DNA of 24,916 nucleotides from a virus (Duplodnaviria; Caudoviricetes), in IMG/VR virus record IMGVR_UViG_3300035181_002540, positions 1 through 24,916 of that record; one strand, given 5' to 3'. Position 1 is the stretch's first letter. Every line of letters begins with the position of its first letter. Both the position numbers and the translations under genes were made by a program. The notes below the pieces were generated by a model, which saw only the letters and a list, made by a program, of their open reading frames with translations, did not search any database and was not told the DNA's origin. Positions 8,330 to 16,448 of this stretch are shown piece after piece.

Positions 8330-10273
8330 TCAATAGGTTCCGTATCCAGATTCTCCTTTATAAAAAGCTCCAAAATCCTTCTCATTTGGTTTTCGTCTTC
8401 GAAAATGATCAGAAGTTATGTTTCGTCCTCCATACAAACACCATATCAAGGAAAAAATGGTATCATCCTGTACTCCATGAGAATCCTTTTTCTCTGGACT
8501 TCCAAACCATTTTTTATTTTGATCGTGATCAAACATCAAAAGTTCTTCCCTCAAAATATCATCCCCTTTTGTTCCTGGAACAAAAACCTTTGGTGATTTA
8601 AATCGTCCTTGTTGGATAGCAATAAAAAGTTCTTTGAAAGCCTCTCTCTGTTTATCGTAGGTTGGAAATACTGGTTCAAACAAAATTCCTTTTTCCTCTC
8701 CCCAATTCACCATATCCCAGGAACCATATCGTTCACTACACAGAACGTCTATTCCATCCAACGCCCAGTTTATCTCTTCCAAATAATCCTTTGCAAGGTC
8801 AAGAGAATTATCAGGAACAGCAAATATTCCAACCACAAAATAAATATAACGTGGATTCAATAAATCCATGCTTGCAACGATATGTGGATTTTCTTTGCTA
8901 TTGATCAATCCCTTAGCAACCACTGTAACGACACTACGAGCCCGAATATGCTTTGCAAATGGATCAGCCATATCGAGACCTGCCAAAAGAGCAAAGTCTG
9001 TTTTAAACACGTCTGAGAGAGTCAGAAGATCATCTAAACGCATGGGTCTCGGTTGCCTGAAATCGTCACAAAGACGATATAATTTATCCATTGGATTTAA
9101 ACGAGCTTCGCAATTTTTAATTTTGTTTTGAAATATAGAAATAGTTTTGTTTTGATTGGATATATCCATTATCTTGTTTTGAAGATCGGATATGGCTGTC
9201 ATTGCCTCTTTTCTATCCTGAAGTATGGATACAACAGTTTCATGATTGAATTCATATCCATCCGCACCAATGAAACCTATTTCATCCACCATTTCGTCAG
9301 AAAAAACCTTTTGTCCTCCTGCTTCCCAAAGATTTTGGAAATATCTTTCAAATTCTCCAAATGGAAATTTAGATCGATAATCCTCCAATTGGTCTTGATC
9401 CATATTTGGGTTCCAATAATCTTCCTGTAATCCTCTCAAACTACATCGATAGGAAAAATAAACTGTCTTGGTTGTTTGTGCTAACCATCCAGTATAAAGT
9501 TTGTAGAGGATATGATCTTTGGTGGATACAGTGGAGTCGATTACACCAAGAGCATTCGGAATATTACGGATAGAACCATCAAGTTGGATGAAAAACTTTG
9601 GATTTTTCATATCAAAGATTTCTGAAAATGTGTATCCTGTAATGTTGGATACAATACCAGAAAAGGAGGATATAGATCGAACAATGCTTTTTATATTTCC
9701 ATTGGAATCAGTAAGACGAAATTCTTTTTCTTGAATGTTCTTTTGTCCACCAATCATATCCAACAACATTGGAGAATTAAGGATAATATCCCGCATAATA
9801 TCAAAGTGGACAAACTTGACCTGATCCCTGGAATTTGCTCCAAGCATAATCTGTTGACGAGGCCAATTAAAAAACTTCCAAAGTTGGATAAGACACGCTA
9901 CGAGACTTTTGGCCTCTCCTCTTTCCCAACACAAAATTATCAGACGATACCTAAATCGTCCTTTTTCCATCTGAAGAGGTTCACGAAGAGCTTCTTTAAT
10001 TTTTGTCCAAAAGAAATGTGGACTCCGTCCAGTTTTTGGATTTGGAGTTTTTGGAAGATTTCTAAGAGGACTCCAAATAGCAGAATCAAATCCTTCTTGG
10101 TAAATTGGAATATAAACAAAATCTTCACACCATTTTACAAATCCTTCCCATCCATTTCTGTAGGATGCAATTCTCGAAGCAGAAATTTCATTGGATAAAT
10201 CCTTTGAAAACGTTTTATTGGATAAATCATCATTTATGTTGTCCTTAGACTTTCGCTTCAAGAGCCTGGACAT
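8330..10273 (-). CDS. terL: Terminase large subunit
   Basis: Walker A-like LCWERGEAKS, GANSRDQ, Walker B-like YTFSE, coupling motif DST, nuclease AGLDMA and C-terminal QDD; directly upstream of portal; ATG at 10273 with GGAGG RBS. Confidence 0.88.
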   Translation of the reverse strand: MSRLLKRKSKDNINDDLSNKTFSKDLSNEISASRIASYRNGWEGFVKWCEDFVYIPIYQEGFDSAIWSPLRNLPKTPNPKTGRSPHFFWTKIKEALREPLQMEKGRFRYRLIILCWERGEAKSLVACLIQLWKFFNWPRQQIMLGANSRDQVKFVHFDIMRDIILNSPMLLDMIGGQKNIQEKEFRLTDSNGNIKSIVRSISSFSGIVSNITGYTFSEIFDMKNPKFFIQLDGSIRNIPNALGVIDSTVSTKDHILYKLYTGWLAQTTKTVYFSYRCSLRGLQEDYWNPNMDQDQLEDYRSKFPFGEFERYFQNLWEAGGQKVFSDEMVDEIGFIGADGYEFNHETVVSILQDRKEAMTAISDLQNKIMDISNQNKTISIFQNKIKNCEARLNPMDKLYRLCDDFRQPRPMRLDDLLTLSDVFKTDFALLAGLDMADPFAKHIRARSVVTVVAKGLINSKENPHIVASMDLLNPRYIYFVVGIFAVPDNSLDLAKDYLEEINWALDGIDVLCSERYGSWDMVNWGEEKGILFEPVFPTYDKQREAFKELFIAIQQGRFKSPKVFVPGTKGDDILREELLMFDHDQNKKWFGSPEKKDSHGVQDDTIFSLIWCLYGGRNITSDHFRRRKPNEKDFGAFYKGESGYGTY

Positions 10274-10796
10274 TGGCGCCTCCCTCAATCACTTCGTAGT
10301 ACGATTTGCCATTAAAAAATCCAACTTGTTTCAAAGGACGAATTTGATCTGGTTTGGATACATCAAAACCTATGGCTCTCCATGTTCTCTCGATTGCTTG
10401 GATAGTATCACGAATTTCCTTGAAAAGAGGAGTAATCTTGATGTCTCCACGACTTGAAAATGTGGTTACATCAACAGCGGCAAATTCGGCCATTTTCAAT
10501 CGACAAAGAATTTTGTACAAGGGGATTAGGTGCAGGCCAATTCTATATGCAACGTCTTCTGTCATCTCCTTTGGATAATTGCGTAGCAACATATCCAACA
10601 CAGAAGACATATATTCGTATATAACCTCACATTTGTTCAATTGATCGTTCTCAGACAAAAATTTGCATATAGAAGAACAGCCACATTTCTCTGGATCGCA
10701 TGGATTTACAGCATTCCAATAAATCATCTCTCGGATGACTGTTTCTCCATTCTTTACTGTTCCGCCTATTCGTTTTTTTGCAACAATGTCTTTCAT
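10245..10796 (-). CDS. Putative terminase small subunit (Cys-cluster N-terminus)
   Basis: 183 aa overlapping the terL start; Cys cluster PCDPEKCGCSSIC; G.IKITPLFKEIR helix segment reminiscent of TerS; mainly positional. Confidence 0.55.
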   Translation of the reverse strand: MKDIVAKKRIGGTVKNGETVIREMIYWNAVNPCDPEKCGCSSICKFLSENDQLNKCEVIYEYMSSVLDMLLRNYPKEMTEDVAYRIGLHLIPLYKILCRLKMAEFAAVDVTTFSSRGDIKITPLFKEIRDTIQAIERTWRAIGFDVSKPDQIRPLKQVGFFNGKSYYEVIEGGANVQALEAKV

Positions 10797-10861
10797 GTGG
10801 ACAAATCCTCTTTTAGGTTGAAATTATGAAAAATTTTTGGAATTTCCCATAATTTTAGTAC

Positions 10862-10890
10862 AAAATATACAGATTTTATGAAAAAGTCAA
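10862..10890 (-). promoter_or_regulatory. Sigma70-like promoter for the packaging/head operon
   Basis: TTGACT-N17-TATTTT on the minus strand, ~65 nt upstream of the 10796 start. Confidence 0.5.
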
Positions 10891-10969
10891 AGGATTTTCG
10901 ATTTTTTCATCAAAATCCATGAAAAAAGGACAAATTTAATTAAAATTAGTGGATTTATCCAATAAAATT

Positions 10970-11235
10970 TAATTGGATAAATCAAAAGTTGGATAAATAT
11001 TTTATTGGATAAACAAATTTCATTGAAAAAAACAATTTATTATACAATCGTTGGATAAATATTTGTTGGATAAATCAAAGTTGGATAAATATTTGTTGGA
11101 TAAATCAAAGTTGGATAAATATTTTGTTGGATAAATCAAAGTTGGATAAATATTTTGTTGGATAATTGGATAAATAAAATGTTTATCCAACAGAATTTTG
11201 TTGGATAGTTGAGTAAACAAATTTTGTTGGATAAA
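10970..11235. repeat. Array 1 of (G)TTGGATAAAT with 15-16 bp period
   Basis: Alternating GTTGGATAAATATTT(T) / GTTGGATAAATCAAA units, clearest at 11050-11175. Confidence 0.95.
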
Positions 11236-11430
11236 ACAAATTATTTTCCATATTTATCCAACTTGGTTCGAGATACCCAGTTTTTGGTCCGAAAACTGAT
11301 TCAGGAATAGCTCTAAAACTAACTGAGAGCCTCAAGGATCAAAATTATCATGGTGGGGAAGAGAATCACACCAGATCAGATATGGTTTGGCTTATTCGGA
11401 CTATCCACGGCCTTAAAATCGATCTTTAAT

Positions 11431-11502
11431 ACGCGTGCACGAGTACTCGCGCAAATATATACGCGCGCACGAGTACTCGCACAAGTACTCACGCGCGCGC
11501 GA
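11431..11502. repeat. 30-bp direct repeat (about 2.4 copies) with CGAGTACTCG palindromes and CGCG tracts
   Basis: ACGCGTGCACGAGTACTCGCGCAAATATAT / ACGCGCGCACGAGTACTCGCACAAGTACTC / ACGCGCGCGCGA. Confidence 0.85.
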
Positions 11503-11704
11503 TATCCTGGATATATAAATCCTAATAACAAGATCCTCCTGATTGAAATAATATCTAAATATGAATATTAAATTTCGTTAGAAATTTAATATGAAGATTT
11601 GGATATTATTTCAATTGTTCGCGAAAAAATTTTTCGAAAAATTTTGAAATTTTGATTCTATCCAAAAAATTTATCCAAAAAATCTATCCTGTTCCAAACT
11701 GGAA

Positions 11705-11897
11705 CATCACTTGCAGAAAGTTTTTGTGCTCAGGTTGTTATGCAGCTACAGGCTTGCTTCGCAAGCCTTTGCTCATAACAACCATCGCACAAAAACGGAA
11801 AACCTTACGAAACTGCAGTATATGGCTTGCTTCGCAAGCCTATACTTTGTTTCTCCAGGTTTTCGGGGAGAGACTTCGTTTCATTTAGCAAGAGATG
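11705..11897. other. Multi-branched (cloverleaf) secondary structure element, ssDNA or RNA
   Basis: Closing stem 11705-11714/11888-11897; arms 11720-11796, 11798-11864, 11870-11882, each capped by C-TTC-G (C-GAA-G on minus). Confidence 0.75.
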
Positions 11898-11969
11898 GAT
11901 AAGACCAAGAAATGTGCAGGATCACTTGATCAAGGATTTATCCTCGGTCCATACTTGATTTATCCTCGA

Positions 11970-12314
11970 TCAAGTATTTTGGATAAAATCTAATCTATTA
12001 TCCTCTGATCCTGCCTTCAAATTTTTGAAAACATTACGTCCACGTCTTGTTTGTGTTTTATTATACGTGATCGTGATATTATCCTCCTCCTTGTATTTAC
12101 GTTTTCTCCTCTTTTTTTGTTTGTTTCTATCCAATGAGTTTTTTGGTGGTGGAGTATAGGGACCAATCCTATGTTGAGTTGGGTTTGCAATCAAATAATC
12201 CAACTCATCCAACAACTGCATAAGTTCAGGATTGCATGGATAGTTCTCTCTATATGTTCGAACAAGTTTCTCCAAACTTAATTTTTTGATTACATCCACA
12301 TAAACAACAGTCAT
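11970..12314 (-). CDS. Hypothetical basic protein
   Basis: 114 aa, AGGAGGG RBS, own promoter, K/R-rich tract KQKKRRKRK. Confidence 0.7.
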   Translation of the reverse strand: MTVVYVDVIKKLSLEKLVRTYRENYPCNPELMQLLDELDYLIANPTQHRIGPYTPPPKNSLDRNKQKKRRKRKYKEEDNITITYNKTQTRRGRNVFKNLKAGSEDNRLDFIQNT

Positions 12315-12345
12315 ATTGAATCCCTCCTTTCTTGTTTTTAAGGAT

Positions 12346-12374
12346 AAAATATATTACATATATTGCAAAGTCAA
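12346..12374 (-). promoter_or_regulatory. Sigma70-like promoter for the 114 aa gene
   Basis: TTGACT-N17-TATTTT, same hexamers as the promoter at 10862-10890. Confidence 0.55.
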
Positions 12375-12410
12375 TATTTATATCCAACAAAACCAAAATA
12401 TTTATCCTCC

Positions 12411-12477
12411 TTGTTGGATAAATCTTTGTTGGATAAATTCTTGTTGGATAAATCCTTGTTGGATAGTTGGATAAATC
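12411..12477. repeat. Array 2 of TTGTTGGATAAAT, 15-bp period
   Basis: Four to five tandem units with the same core and orientation as array 1. Confidence 0.92.
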
Positions 12478-12529
12478 AAAATTTATCAAAAAATTAAAAA
12501 ATCAAACAATCAGATTTTAAAAGGATTTG

Positions 12530-12872
12530 TAACTGTTTGATTTTTATGCAAAACAAAAATTTCAAACAAACAAAAAACAAAAAAATTCGATAAAATTCCG
12601 TCAAAATTCTCTAAAATTGTAACCGTTTGATTTTTAAGGATTTCATTCAACCACCATTCAATCTCTGCACATGGGGCGAGGGGAAAATCAAAAAATAACA
12701 CCGAACAGACATTCATTTATCCACCTCGATAAACATTGACTCCAGCAAAACCAGCATTCATCGTTATCCAACCAAATAATACAATTTTTCCCAATTATCC
12801 AACCAAAAACACTGTATCCACACAGATTGTCAGATTCCACAGAAAATCCCCCAAAAAATTAACCATCTGATT
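12530..12872 (-). promoter_or_regulatory. Three IHF-consensus sites
   Basis: AATCAAACAGTTA (12530-12542), AATCAAACGGTTA (12620-12632), AATCAGATGGTTA (12860-12872) match WATCARNNNNTTR. Confidence 0.5.
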
Positions 12873-12970
12873 TTACACAAAATAAAAAAATCTGTTCCTA
12901 TATGCAGAAAAATCAAAATTCAAAAATTGTATTTTTCACCAAAATCAAATGAGTTGGATAAATGAAAATC

Positions 12971-13068
12971 AAACAAGAAAGGATAAATAATTTCAAAATA
13001 AACACTAAGAGGATAAGAAAAAATAAGGAAGGATAAACAAAAACAAGAAAGGATAAATAATTTCAAAA
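12971..13068. repeat. Direct repeat AAACAAGAAAGGATAAATAATTTCAAAA x2 in an A-rich tract
   Basis: Copies start at 12971 and 13041. Confidence 0.8.
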
Positions 13069-13173
13069 CAAAGGATCAAAATAAAAGAATCCAAGAACAA
13101 ACTAAAATACACAGGAAACAAAAACAAACGTAAGGAACAAAAAATTTTGTATGTTTATCCAATTTGCAAAATC

Positions 13174-13295
13174 TATCCAATTTTCCCCATATATCCAAAA
13201 TCCACAAAAAATTTTCCCCACATATATAAAATCCACAAAAAATTTTGTTTATTTATCCAATTTTCCCCATATATCCAAAATCCACAAAAAATTTT
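13174..13295. repeat. Degenerate repeats of TATCCAATTTTCCCCATATATCCAAAATCCACAAAAA
   Basis: Two full copies (13174, 13254) with a partial copy between. Confidence 0.8.
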
Positions 13296-13356
13296 ATGGT
13301 GAGGTGCCATTTCTGACAACAAAAAAACATCCCAACATTCCCCATGTGGGGGATAG

Positions 13357-13389
13357 GTAGGATAGCCAAACGGAATTGGCTACCCTACC
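13357..13389 (-). terminator. Hairpin just downstream of the 174 aa gene
   Basis: GGTAGGGTAGCCAA-N6-TTGGCTATCCTACC on minus with one G-U pair; no U-tract. Confidence 0.4.
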
Positions 13390-13408
13390 CGATGGGAAAG
13401 TCAAACCA

Positions 13409-13933
13409 TTACATCAATGGTTTGACGTGTTCCCAGTACATCTTAACCGTACTACGTTTCCATCCTTCTAACTCAGTTACGTTTTCTGGTTTTAATGATG
13501 TCAAATTCCAGGCATCACCATTATAATTGTAAAGATAAGACCTAATTTTTTGATACGCTTTGCGGCTTTTCTCATCTAACCGTTTCGGTTCAATGCTGCC
13601 ATTTAAGGCACAAGCAATTGATCGGAAATCAACCGACAATGTCGATGTCGTCATTGACGATGTCGATGTCGATGTCGTCATTGACGATGTCGATGTCGAT
13701 GAACCCTTCAACCTACGCAAGCGCTTTTCCAACGCTTGCATCTTTTCTTTGATCAGTTCCAATTCTTTATACGCTGCTTGTGTGTACAAGCAGCGTTCGT
13801 ACTCTTTAACGTCTTGTAAAAACCCCTTCCTTGCTTTCCGTTCCAATGTTGCCAGCAGTTTTTCCCGACGTTCCTTTTCCGCCATTTCCTTTTCCGCCTT
13901 TACTTCTGCTGTTTCCTTCATTTCCTTTTTCAT
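13409..13933 (-). CDS. Hypothetical protein (charged coiled coil, Ser/Thr repeat linker, small C-terminal domain)
   Basis: 174 aa, AGAAGGAG RBS, dedicated promoter; 27-bp tandem repeat at ~13639-13701 encodes STSTSSMTT x2. Confidence 0.75.
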   Translation of the reverse strand: MKKEMKETAEVKAEKEMAEKERREKLLATLERKARKGFLQDVKEYERCLYTQAAYKELELIKEKMQALEKRLRRLKGSSTSTSSMTTSTSTSSMTTSTLSVDFRSIACALNGSIEPKRLDEKSRKAYQKIRSYLYNYNGDAWNLTSLKPENVTELEGWKRSTVKMYWEHVKPLM

Positions 13934-13958
13934 TTGCCTTCTCCTTCTAATTATTTGA

Positions 13959-14052
13959 TTTTCCTTCTGTTTCCATTATTTTTTTTTCCTATGGGAAAAA
14001 CAGAAGGAAAATTCCCATAGGAAACAGGCAAACCATCAATTATCAAAGAACG
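13959..14052 (-). promoter_or_regulatory. 5' leader with boxA-like motif and two interleaved inverted repeats
   Basis: CGTTCTTTGATAA at 14052-14040; perfect pairs 13959-13972/13998-14011 and 13985-13997/14012-14024. Confidence 0.55.
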
Positions 14053-14072
14053 CCTATATACTATTTGATTCT

Positions 14073-14101
14073 CTTATACGTCGATTTATTCAATAGGTCA
14101 A
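14073..14101 (-). promoter_or_regulatory. Sigma70-like promoter
   Basis: TTGACC-N17-TATAAG on the minus strand. Confidence 0.55.
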
Positions 14102-14256
14102 GAGAAAAATGATATTTTTTATATCCCCTTGAAGACTGATTCAGGAAACAGGGTTTTTTGGCAAACAGAATCGGAAATATGCCAACGTCTATTGGGAAAA
14201 ATCGACTTTGGGAAAGTAGGACGAAACGTCATAAATCGGATAGGCATTCAGAGAAT

Positions 14257-14432
14257 GGACATCCGTTCAGAAAGAGGACGTCCTGTTCACAACAAGGACA
14301 CCCCATTCCAAAAGAGGACGTTTCGTTCCAAAAGAGGACGTCCTGTTCACGAATCGGATATCCGTTCAGCGAATAGATATCCGTTCACAAAGCGGATATG
14401 CAATCAGCGAACGGATATGCAATCACTAAATG
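14257..14432. repeat. About nine degenerate 19-20 bp tandem repeats (GGAYRTCC(T)GTTCA-like)
   Basis: e.g. GGACGTCCTGTTCAC x2, GATATCCGTTCA x2, CGGATATGCAATCA x2. Confidence 0.8.
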
Positions 14433-14892
14433 ATCCTCATTCAGGATATCCCATCCTAAAAGTCCATGGATAAAGTTTTGGGAAAATCGAAATTTTGTCC
14501 TTAATCGGCAAACGCCGGAACCACATCGGGAAAATTGGATCCTAATTTTGGGGATAATTTGGGTTTTGGGGATAAATATCTTGGGGGATAAGCAAATTTT
14601 GTATTACGGGATATCTATACCTTCTGTTTTTGTGGATTGGGGAGAGTTTATTTTTTGGGGATTGGGGATAGTTATGGAATGGGGATAGATTGGGGGAGTT
14701 GGATATTATCCTCATTTTTATGATGTTATGGGGATCATGTTCCTTTGGTTTTCTTTGAATACCGTGTTTAAATGGCGTGAGAGACGTTTTAGACGATACC
14801 AAATGGCAAGACGATAAAACGTATGGTTTGCTGTTGAAGTAGCTCTTAAATGGCTTGAGAATCGTTTGATTGAGCTTTTGGTCTGAACGGGT

Positions 14893-14917
14893 AATTCGAT
14901 TCGATTCGATTCGATTT
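14893..14917. repeat. (ATTCG)4 microsatellite
   Basis: AATTCGATTCGATTCGATTCGATTT. Confidence 0.8.
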
Positions 14918-15609
14918 ATTTCATTTTTTACTTGATTCGATTAACGTTTTTTGATATGACGATACCGGTATCAGCATTATGTTGATGTCGATCATAGTAA
15001 ATGCTCGATTTTACTGTGATCATGTTCTTTTCTTTCCCCCATTTTTCCTACCTTGCCTTGGATACTATCCCGTTTTCGGGATAAGTCCGGTTTGGATAGG
15101 TTTCCTTCCTTTTGGAATTGGAAACCGTAAGGAATCCCCGGTAATCTATAGAGATATAGCCTCTTGGGATGCCCTGTTCAAATACAGCATGGTACGGCAT
15201 AATGACATATTCAACATTGTTGGATATGCGACCATCCGCAAGATGGTTCCCGCCTCCATTGGATATTGTTCCAATGTGGATGGCTCTTTGACAATTAGGG
15301 ATAGTTGGAGGAACAGCGGTATATACGATGTTCCAGTATGGACAGCCGCAGGCATAGAGAAGGCGGATAGCATCCTGCAAAAGTTATTGAGCGGATAGCA
15401 AGATTGCTTTTGTATAGCTAACATATTGAAATATTACGATATATTGCATCGGGAATCACTCAATTATCCAATTGCCTTGTTCAATTGGATAATGAGTTTG
15501 TTCTATGATCCGATTCCAATTTGTTTGTTTTGTTAAAGCTTATTGGAATTGGATATAACATGGTTGAATTTATGCCATGTTGGACATCTGCTATCCTGAA
15601 TCAATCATG

Positions 15610-15705
15610 CTATAGATGGGTACTTGTAGTGCCCATCTATAGTATATCCCACATAAAAAAGCATATATAATTATACAAGTTTTGTATAATTATATATGCT
15701 TTTTT
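15610..15705 (+). repeat. Two long inverted repeats
   Basis: 14-bp stem 15610-15642 (one U-G) and perfect 24-bp stem 15655-15678/15682-15705. Confidence 0.9.
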
Positions 15706-15736
15706 TGTTCCTGATCTTATCCAAAAGGAGGAGACC

Positions 15737-15901
15737 ATGAGATGGTTTTTCGTTGTGAGGAGAAACAAGGGTTGGGAGATGTCCCTCAGAGTGCATAGGG
15801 GGGACATCGTAGTTGGATGCTCAACATCTCCCCGAGAAGGGGGGATGTTGTGCAAAGAATGTAGGGACAGGAAGTGTCCCTACAAGAAATTGTGCAAGTA
15901 A
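15737..15901 (+). CDS. 54 aa Cys-rich small protein (not in ORF track)
   Basis: AAGGAGGAG RBS; MRWFFVVRRNKGWEMSLRVHRGDIVVGCSTSPREGGMLCKECRDRKCPYKKLCK. Confidence 0.6.
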   Translation: MRWFFVVRRNKGWEMSLRVHRGDIVVGCSTSPREGGMLCKECRDRKCPYKKLCK

Positions 15902-15978
15902 TAATGGGGGATAGGAAATAAATCCTATCCCCCATTTCTGTTTGTACAAACTATAAATAAATTTTCAAGGAGGAGAAT

Positions 15979-16437
15979 ATGAAAGCTGTCCGATGGTTGG
16001 GATTGTTCGGAGAGATTTCGAATTTCTCCGAATCTCTGAAGTGGGAGCTCTCCCAGACAAAGGAGGAGGTTTGTGCAGAAATCCTCCGAAAGGATGGGAG
16101 AAGTAGAGTCCCACAGAAGTTCAAGACAATGATCGGCCTTAGAGTACATCCTAAGGCCGTTGTTAAAGTATTCAAAGGGGATGTGTTTTCCTACAAGGAC
16201 GATAATGGTCGTCTGCGTAAGCAAAACAATCCCAAAGGTAGGTATAAAGAGGGATGGGTATTCCCTCAATACATAGGATTCGTGCTGTATTCTGAATACA
16301 GTACGAATCCAATCGATTTTTTGTATAAGGAAGAGTGGGAGACCTTACGATGGTTCTCCCGAAACCATAAACTTCCCATTTATGTCCTGCGAAATGGGGA
16401 GTTTAGTTTGCTATATGGGGAGGAAACTAAAAAATAG
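15979..16437 (+). CDS. Hypothetical protein
   Basis: 152 aa, AAGGAGGAG RBS; no family recognised. Confidence 0.75.
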   Translation: MKAVRWLGLFGEISNFSESLKWELSQTKEEVCAEILRKDGRSRVPQKFKTMIGLRVHPKAVVKVFKGDVFSYKDDNGRLRKQNNPKGRYKEGWVFPQYIGFVLYSEYSTNPIDFLYKEEWETLRWFSRNHKLPIYVLRNGEFSLLYGEETKK

Positions 16438-16448
16438 GATCATGGTGA

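Noticed and set aside
927-10829. Many short plus-strand ORFs and the alternative-frame minus ORFs 3384-3797, 6513-6698 and 9940-10128
   Set aside because: Lie within well-supported structural genes; no independent evidence
11020-13360. ORFs translated from repeat arrays (11020-11220, 11350-11571, 12250-12489, 13151-13360)
   Set aside because: Periodic peptides simply mirror DNA repeats whose unit lengths vary; no RBS
14979-15424. Three overlapping ORFs (139 aa plus; 110 and 92 aa minus)
   Set aside because: No clear RBS or motif; cannot tell which, if any, is real
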